Assembly (NCBI GenBank): GCA_049509455.1
Contig: JBEKZX010000001.1
Coordinates: 1-64,000, forward strand
DNA: 64,000 nt
Source of the DNA: Conexivisphaerales archaeon
Lineage (GTDB): Archaea; Thermoproteota; Nitrososphaeria; Conexivisphaerales; DTJL01
Direction of reading: 5' to 3'
The translations under genes and the position numbers were made by a program. Shown piece after piece: positions 59,301 to 64,000 of this stretch. The first letter of the stretch is position 1. Each line of letters starts with the position of its first letter. A model generated the notes under the pieces. That model saw only the letters and a list, made by a program, of their open reading frames with translations. It did no database searches and had not been told where the DNA came from.

Positions 59301-60104
59301 TACCTCGACGAAGAGCACAAGGTCAGCCAGGAGAAGGCGTTAGAGGTGGCCAGAGAGATACTCTTCACCAAGGTGGGCGACCTCGTCAAGCAGGTCAAGA
59401 AGGACTACGCGGAGATCTCCTTCGAGTTCGTCCTAGACGCGGAGAAGATGGCCGAAAGGGCTTGCACCATCGAAACCATCACCTCTGTCATAAAGTCACC
59501 CAAGAACAAGACCAAGGTGGACGAGAAGGGGAGGTTCTTCAAGATCCTAGTGGACAACTTCGAGGACCAAGCCTCCATCAGCGTCAGGGACAAATCGCTC
59601 AACACCAGAGTCAAGGGCGTCCCCGGGATCATGAGCGTCTCGGTCGTGCCCAAGGACTCCGAATGGATGATTCAGACGGCCGGCTCGAACTTGGGCAAGG
59701 TGCTGAAGCTCCCCGGAGTGGATGACACCAGGACCACGACCAACAACATCTACGAGATAGCCATGAACCTGGGCATCGAAGCCGCGCGCAACGCCATCGT
59801 CAGGGAGATACTCAACACGCTGGACGAGCAGGGTCTCGAGGTGGACGTCCGCCACATCCTCCTAGTAGCGGACCTGATGACGAGCAAGGGCTTGCTCCAG
59901 CAGATTGGCAGGCACGGGATCGCAGGCTCCAAGACCAGCGTCCTCGCCAGGGCGGCCTTCGAAATCACCGTCCCCACGTTGGCCGAAGCGGCCGCGAAAG
60001 GGGAGACGGAGGAGCTCAAGGGCGTGACCGAAAACGTTATTGTAGGTTCCACCATACCCGTTGGCACCGGGATGGTTGATATCTACATGAAGGGTGGCGA
60101 ATGA
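56310..60104 (+). CDS. rpoA: RNA polymerase largest subunit (Rpo1), A' and A'' fused
   Basis: NADFDGD active site, continuous through GAQSIGEPGTQMT to TENVIVG in one 1264-aa frame. Confidence 0.99.
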   Translation: MEEAIKTVGGIGFCVFSPSEVRKYSTVEITVPETYDEDGMPVQGGLMDSRLGVLEPGQKCGTCGNTSARCPGHFGHIELAEPVLHVAFVTITHTLLVATCRSCGRVLLPEDEVKAYREQIKVKGYTTPNIVERISKEIVAKAKKAKVCPHCGKKKLEVEFTKPHLFHEINDEGGAVRLLPAAIRERMERILDEDLVLLGFDPTSAKPEWLVLQVLPVPPVTVRPSITLETGIRSEDDLTHKLVDILRVNQRVRESKESGTPPLIVQDLVDLLQYHVTTYFDNEVSGIPQAHHRSGRPLKTISQRLKGKEGRFRGSLSGKRVDFSSRTVISPDPSLDISEVGVPAEVAKKLTVPEKVAPWNIEHLKKLVINGPTTHPGANYIIRPDGVKIRLEFAGDRQAISEALAPGYVVERHLSDGDVVLFNRQPSLHRMSIMAHFVKVLPYRTFRLHPAVCPPYNADFDGDEMNLHVPQGEEARSEALTLMRVQDQLISPRYGGPIIGAIRDFLTAAFLLTRDGVFLSKTEFSNLAYAGGYTGELPPPDKKEPEELYTGKQLFSLFLPKDFNYVLTSKWFKAKGGKKGKDVVVREGVLESGVIDKASIGAEEPDTILHRIVKDYGTDAARTFLNSILRILRAYITSVGFSFGFDELELSTDAVKEIYDIIGASYGSVGDLYKKYDAGKLPLIKGLKPEAALEQYIMSELSKARDHAGRVVERTLPDTNSGIVMAKTGARGSSLNLGQMTAIVGQQSVRGKRITRGYYHRALAHFKQLEKNPDAYGFVKSNYREGLDPIEFFFHAMGGREGLVDTAVRTQQSGYMQRRLVNAMEHVRVEYDSTVRDPQGNLIQFRYGEDGVDPSKSDHGKAVNVDRLIDSQELLDDKTPPRIKETEAKAMVKGYNERLNPRLAEELEEALKKGGLSKKSSKAVCETTVALYKKALVEPGEAMGVVGAQSIGEPGTQMTLRTFHFAGVRERDVTLGLPRLIELVDARKQPSTPTMDVYLDEEHKVSQEKALEVAREILFTKVGDLVKQVKKDYAEISFEFVLDAEKMAERACTIETITSVIKSPKNKTKVDEKGRFFKILVDNFEDQASISVRDKSLNTRVKGVPGIMSVSVVPKDSEWMIQTAGSNLGKVLKLPGVDDTRTTTNNIYEIAMNLGIEAARNAIVREILNTLDEQGLEVDVRHILLVADLMTSKGLLQQIGRHGIAGSKTSVLARAAFEITVPTLAEAAAKGETEELKGVTENVIVGSTIPVGTGMVDIYMKGGE

Positions 60105-60442
60105 ACTTGGACAACAAGAGGATCGCATCGGTGATCAAGGTTGCCATGAAATCCGGCAATGTGGTCCTGGGCGAGCGGGCTAGCCTCAAATCCCTCAAGA
60201 GCTCTAAGCTGGTCGTCGTGTCCGAATCCCTACTCAGCGAGGAGAGGGAAGCCGTCGAGAAGGCCTGCAAGGAGGCGGAGGTCCCCCTGCTGATATTCGA
60301 AGACTCGGCCGTGGCCTTGGGTGCGGCTGCAGGTAGATCGTTTCCCGTCAAGGTGCTCTCCGTGAAGAGCGCCGGGGATGCGGACATCGGCAAGCTGCTC
60401 AGACCCAAGGTCCCCGAGGGTGGCGCAGAGCAAAAGGCTTAA
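60101..60442 (+). CDS. rpl30e: 50S ribosomal protein L30e
   Basis: GNVVLG....K, LG.AAGRSF.V.VLSV..AGDADI; conserved operon position. Confidence 0.95.
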   Translation: MNLDNKRIASVIKVAMKSGNVVLGERASLKSLKSSKLVVVSESLLSEEREAVEKACKEAEVPLLIFEDSAVALGAAAGRSFPVKVLSVKSAGDADIGKLLRPKVPEGGAEQKA

Positions 60443-60491
60443 AGAACAGGCGGCGAGAGTTGCTTCGTTAGTTTAGGATTGCGGTGTTGGT

Positions 60492-60935
60492 TTGTCGTCT
60501 GAAATAAAGCTCACTTCCGAAGAGCTCGGCCTCATGGCCGTCTTCCAGAACGTCACCGGCGTCAGCTCGAGGGACTGCGTGATCGATCAGGCCGGGGATC
60601 GCATAATCTTTGTCCTCGAGAAGGAGTTCATGGGCCAGGCCATCGGCAAGAAGGGGCAGACCATAGCCAACCTCGAGAACGTTCTAGCGCGACCCATCGA
60701 GCTCGTCGAGTACTCCGATGACCCGCGTGAGTTCATCAAGAACGCTCTGGGCTCTAGGAACGTTTTCGAAGCCAAGGTGAACGAGAAGGCCGACGGCTCC
60801 AAGGTGGGCATCGTAACGGTATCGACTAAGAACAAGGGGGCCGTGCTGGGGCGAGGCGGCAGGAACGCCGAGCGGGCGAGGATCCTTGCGAAGCGATACT
60901 TTGGCATCGAACACATTCACATAATAACTCAGTGA
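60492..60935 (+). CDS. nusA: Archaeal NusA-like transcription factor (KH domains)
   Basis: GQAIGKKG and GAVLGRGGRN KH motifs; operon position. Confidence 0.97.
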   Translation: MSSEIKLTSEELGLMAVFQNVTGVSSRDCVIDQAGDRIIFVLEKEFMGQAIGKKGQTIANLENVLARPIELVEYSDDPREFIKNALGSRNVFEAKVNEKADGSKVGIVTVSTKNKGAVLGRGGRNAERARILAKRYFGIEHIHIITQ

Positions 60936-60994
60936 AACGCCTATTGGAACCCAAATCTTATATTGCTCCATGTCAGCGGGTTGATGACTGAGGC

Positions 60995-61435
60995 TTGGCG
61001 CACAAGTCACCCAGAGGCGAGTTCGCTGCCCGAAAGCTGCAGAGCCAGAGGCAGCAGCATCGCTGGTCCAACAAGTACTACAAGAGAAGGATGCTCAAGC
61101 TGGACGAGAAGGCGGACCCCCTCGAGGCTTCCCCTCAGGCTAGAGGGATCGTGCTGGAGAAGGTGGGCGTTGAATCAAAACAACCCAACTCCGCCATCAG
61201 GAAGTGCGTCAGAGTTCAGCTGGTCAAGAACGGAAAGCAGGTCACGGCCTTCCTTCCGGGCGACGGTGCCCTGAACTACGTCGACGAGCACGATGAAGTC
61301 GTCATCGAAGGAATCGGCGGATCTCAGGGAAGGGCCATGGGAGACATCCCAGGCGTCCGGTGGCAGGTTTCCACCGTGAACGGAGTCTCGCTGGGTATGC
61401 TGGTAGTGGGCCGCAAGGAGAAGCCCAAGAGGTAG
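60995..61435 (+). CDS. rps12: 30S ribosomal protein S12
   Basis: [24 protein letters not shown]. Confidence 0.99.
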   Translation: MAHKSPRGEFAARKLQSQRQQHRWSNKYYKRRMLKLDEKADPLEASPQARGIVLEKVGVESKQPNSAIRKCVRVQLVKNGKQVTAFLPGDGALNYVDEHDEVVIEGIGGSQGRAMGDIPGVRWQVSTVNGVSLGMLVVGRKEKPKR

Positions 61436-61441
61436 ACGCCC

Positions 61442-62035
61442 ATGACGGAAAAGATTCTGCTATTCGGGAAATGGGACGTTTCTGAAGTCGAAGTCACCGA
61501 CGTGGGCCTACAGAGGGTCCTTTCGCTGAAGCCCTCGGTCATACCCCACACGCACGGCCGTCATGAGCACAAAAAATTTGGCAAGGCGGACGTCAGCATC
61601 GTCGAGCGGTTGGCCAACTCTTTGATGCATTTCGGGAGGAAGGACGCGAAGAACACCGGCAGGATGGGCGGCAAGAAGCAGAAGAGCATGAACATAGTGA
61701 GCGCCGCCTTGGAAATCGTCGAGCTGAAGACGGGCGAGAACCCCGTCCAAGTCCTCGTCCAGGCCGTCGAGAACGCGGCCCCCAACGAAGACACGACAAG
61801 AATAAGCTATGGAGGTGTCGTGTACCACCTCTCCGTCGACGTCGCACCCCTCCGCCGGATCGACCTGGCGTTGAGGTTCATAGCCGAAGGGGTGAGGGAG
61901 GCGGCATTCTCCTCCCAGCGTGGCATCGAAGAGGTTCTGGCCGAGGAGATAATCGCCGCCGCGAACAACGACGGCTCAAGCTTCTCCGTGAAGAAGAAGA
62001 CGGAGCAGGAGCGCATCGCCCTCTCTTCACGTTAG
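61442..62035 (+). CDS. rps7: 30S ribosomal protein S7
   Basis: [35 protein letters not shown]. Confidence 0.99.
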   Translation: MTEKILLFGKWDVSEVEVTDVGLQRVLSLKPSVIPHTHGRHEHKKFGKADVSIVERLANSLMHFGRKDAKNTGRMGGKKQKSMNIVSAALEIVELKTGENPVQVLVQAVENAAPNEDTTRISYGGVVYHLSVDVAPLRRIDLALRFIAEGVREAAFSSQRGIEEVLAEEIIAAANNDGSSFSVKKKTEQERIALSSR

Positions 62036-62101
62036 AACTCCTCGTGCTAAACCTTAAATAATATCTTCCTTGTGGTAATGCGTTAGTTAGGGTGCATCCA
62101 G

Positions 62102-63418
62102 TTGCCTGAGAAACCACACTTGAACATCGTAGTCACCGGCCATATCGACCACGGCAAATCGACTACCATGGGTCACTTACTCTTCGAGCTCGGCGTCGTC
62201 GACCAGCGGCTCATTGACGAGTACGCGAAGAGCTCCGAAGAGACAGGCAGAGGCGACACTTTCAAGTTCGCTTGGGTCCTTGACCAGCTCAAGGAAGAGA
62301 GGGAGAGAGGCATCACCGTGGACCTGGCGTTCCAGAAGTTCGAGAGCAAGAAGTACAGTTTCACGCTCATCGACGCCCCCGGACACAGGGACTTCGTAAA
62401 GAACATGATTACGGGAGCCAGCGAGGCCGACGCGGCCGTTCTGGTGATCTCGTCCAAACCCGGAGAGACGGAGGCGGGACTCGGCGAAGGCGGCCAGACC
62501 GTGGAGCACGCCTTCCTGCTGAAGACTCTGGGCGTCAACCAGCTGATCGTGCTGATTAACAAGATGGACGCCACCACCCCCACTCCCTACGACCAGAAGA
62601 GGTTCGAGGAAGTGAAGGCCGAGGCGTCGGCCCTTCTGAAGAAGGTGGGGTACAAAGTCGAAACGCTCAGCATCATACCGGTATCCGGCTGGAAGGGCGA
62701 CAACCTCATCACCAGGTCCACCAACATGCCTTGGTACAAGGGTCCCACCGTGATGGACGCTCTGGACCTCCTGGTTGAGCCCTCCAAGCCCACAGACAAG
62801 CCACTGAGGATACCCGTCCAGGACGTCTACACTATCACCGGTGTCGGGACAGTCCCCGTCGGCAGGGTGGAGACGGGAGTCCTGAAGCCCAACGACGTCG
62901 TGGTGGTGATGCCTACGGGGGTAAAGGGTGAAGTCAAGACCATCGAGACTCACCACTCCCAGATTCCGCAAGCCATACCCGGGGACAACATCGGCTTCAA
63001 CATCAGGGGCATAGCCAAGACCGACATCAAGAGGGGCGACGTCGTAGGCTCCCCCAACTTCCCGCCCTGCGTGGCGAAGGAATTCGTGGGCCAGATAATC
63101 GTAGTGTTCCATCCGACAGCCATCGCCGCAGGCTACACCCCAGTCCTTCATGCGCACACTCTGCAGGTCGCGGCCTCAGTGAGCGAGCTGGTGTCGAAGA
63201 TCGACCCGCGCACCGGCCAGGTGGTGGAGGACAAGCCCAAGAGCCTGAAGACGGGCGACGCGGCCATCGTGAAGATAAGGCCGCTTAAGCCCGTCTGCAT
63301 CGAGACCTACAAGGACTTCCCCGAGCTGGGAAGGTTCGCTCTTAGGGACTCGGGCAGGACGGTGGCGGCCGGCATCGTGAAGGAAATAACCATCAAGCAG
63401 GAAGTCCAGGTCAAGTAG
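62102..63418 (+). CDS. tuf: Translation elongation factor EF-1alpha
   Basis: GHIDHGKST, DAPGHRDF, NKMD, GRFALRDSG.TVAAG; TTG start. Confidence 0.99.
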   Translation: MPEKPHLNIVVTGHIDHGKSTTMGHLLFELGVVDQRLIDEYAKSSEETGRGDTFKFAWVLDQLKEERERGITVDLAFQKFESKKYSFTLIDAPGHRDFVKNMITGASEADAAVLVISSKPGETEAGLGEGGQTVEHAFLLKTLGVNQLIVLINKMDATTPTPYDQKRFEEVKAEASALLKKVGYKVETLSIIPVSGWKGDNLITRSTNMPWYKGPTVMDALDLLVEPSKPTDKPLRIPVQDVYTITGVGTVPVGRVETGVLKPNDVVVVMPTGVKGEVKTIETHHSQIPQAIPGDNIGFNIRGIAKTDIKRGDVVGSPNFPPCVAKEFVGQIIVVFHPTAIAAGYTPVLHAHTLQVAASVSELVSKIDPRTGQVVEDKPKSLKTGDAAIVKIRPLKPVCIETYKDFPELGRFALRDSGRTVAAGIVKEITIKQEVQVK

Positions 63419-63446
63419 GGTTCGAATCCCGTTTCTGTATTGTTCG

Positions 63447-64000
63447 CTAACCTAGCACGGGCTCTACGAACCTGAACGTTCTTGTGTTCAGCAGCCCCTT
63501 GTCGCTCAGCCTCAGCTCCGGGAGGACGGTGAGGGTTATCAGAGACATCGTCATGAAGGGTTCTACCATCTCACAGCCCATCCTCCTCCATGCTTCAAGG
63601 AGGCCCTCTGCCTCCTCGGCGACCTCTTCGACCGGCCTCTCAGAGAGGAGCCCGGCCACTGGGAGCCGAATCGAGCCGACGACGTGCTTCCCCCTGACCG
63701 CCACCATCCCCCCTCCCTGCTCTGTGACCGTCCTAGCTGCGAAGGCCATGTCCCTTTCGTCGGCTCCCACCAGGAGCAGGTTGTGTGAGTCGTGCGCGAC
63801 CGTCGATGCCACGGCCCCGTCCTTGAAGCCGAAACCTTTCGTGAATGCTACGGCCTTGTTCCCTCTTCCATGGTGCCTCTCTACGACGGCGACCTTCAGG
63901 ACGTCCTTTGAGCGAGAGATTTGCGCTTCGCTGTCCCTCACGGCCACTTCCTCGATGAGCTCCTTAGTATACACGCTGCCCCCCGTCACCCCTATGGCCC
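63447..64000 (-). CDS. ade: Adenine deaminase, C-terminal part (continues beyond the window)
   Basis: AVVERHH, GAVASTVAHDSHN, LPVAGLLS, LTVLPELRLSDKGL. Confidence 0.9.
   Translation of the reverse strand, partial: AIGVTGGSVYTKELIEEVAVRDSEAQISRSKDVLKVAVVERHHGRGNKAVAFTKGFGFKDGAVASTVAHDSHNLLLVGADERDMAFAARTVTEQGGGMVAVRGKHVVGSIRLPVAGLLSERPVEEVAEEAEGLLEAWRRMGCEMVEPFMTMSLITLTVLPELRLSDKGLLNTRTFRFVEPVLG

Noticed and set aside
53130-63157. Long antisense and alternative-frame ORFs over rpoB, rpoA, nusA, rps7 and tuf (for example 58233-59318 and 62177-63157), and similar ones elsewhere
   Set aside because: Shadow ORFs expected from high GC at third codon positions; they overlap unambiguous genes.

Overview
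Chromosomal segment of a GC-rich archaeon. It is most likely a deep-branching member of the Thaumarchaeota/Nitrososphaerota lineage, inferred from an unsplit Rpo1 (A'+A'' fused, 1264 aa), unsplit Rpo2, a thaumarchaeal-type CdvB/ESCRT-III paralog and a PEF-CTERM cupredoxin. No amo genes are in this window. The right end (52.7-63.4 kb) is the core rpoH-rpoB-rpoA-rpl30e-nusA-rps12-rps7-tuf cluster, with no rps10 after tuf. The other 52 kb is a patchwork. It holds redox and electron-transfer genes: an AioB-like TAT Rieske protein with no aioA beside it, a type 1 copper protein, and a large membrane polyferredoxin facing a vicinal-Cys membrane protein. It also holds a PadR-Trx-NifX-PRT-SufC/SufB (SMS-type) cluster, a sugar ABC transporter with a fused double permease, a cluster of ORFans (24.7-27.6 kb), pyrE-pyrD/pyrF, TspO and SOUL, amidohydrolases and a YgeW-like transcarbamylase. 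Features absent from the ORF track were read from the DNA: a Sec61beta gene, three tRNAs, two clear pseudogenes and a 12-codon relic of a second DUF72 gene. The tRNAs are Val-UAC, Asp-GUC with a non-canonical 53/54 T-arm intron, and Lys-UUU with a canonical intron and an aberrant C55. All family assignments come from motif recognition by eye; no database searches were run.
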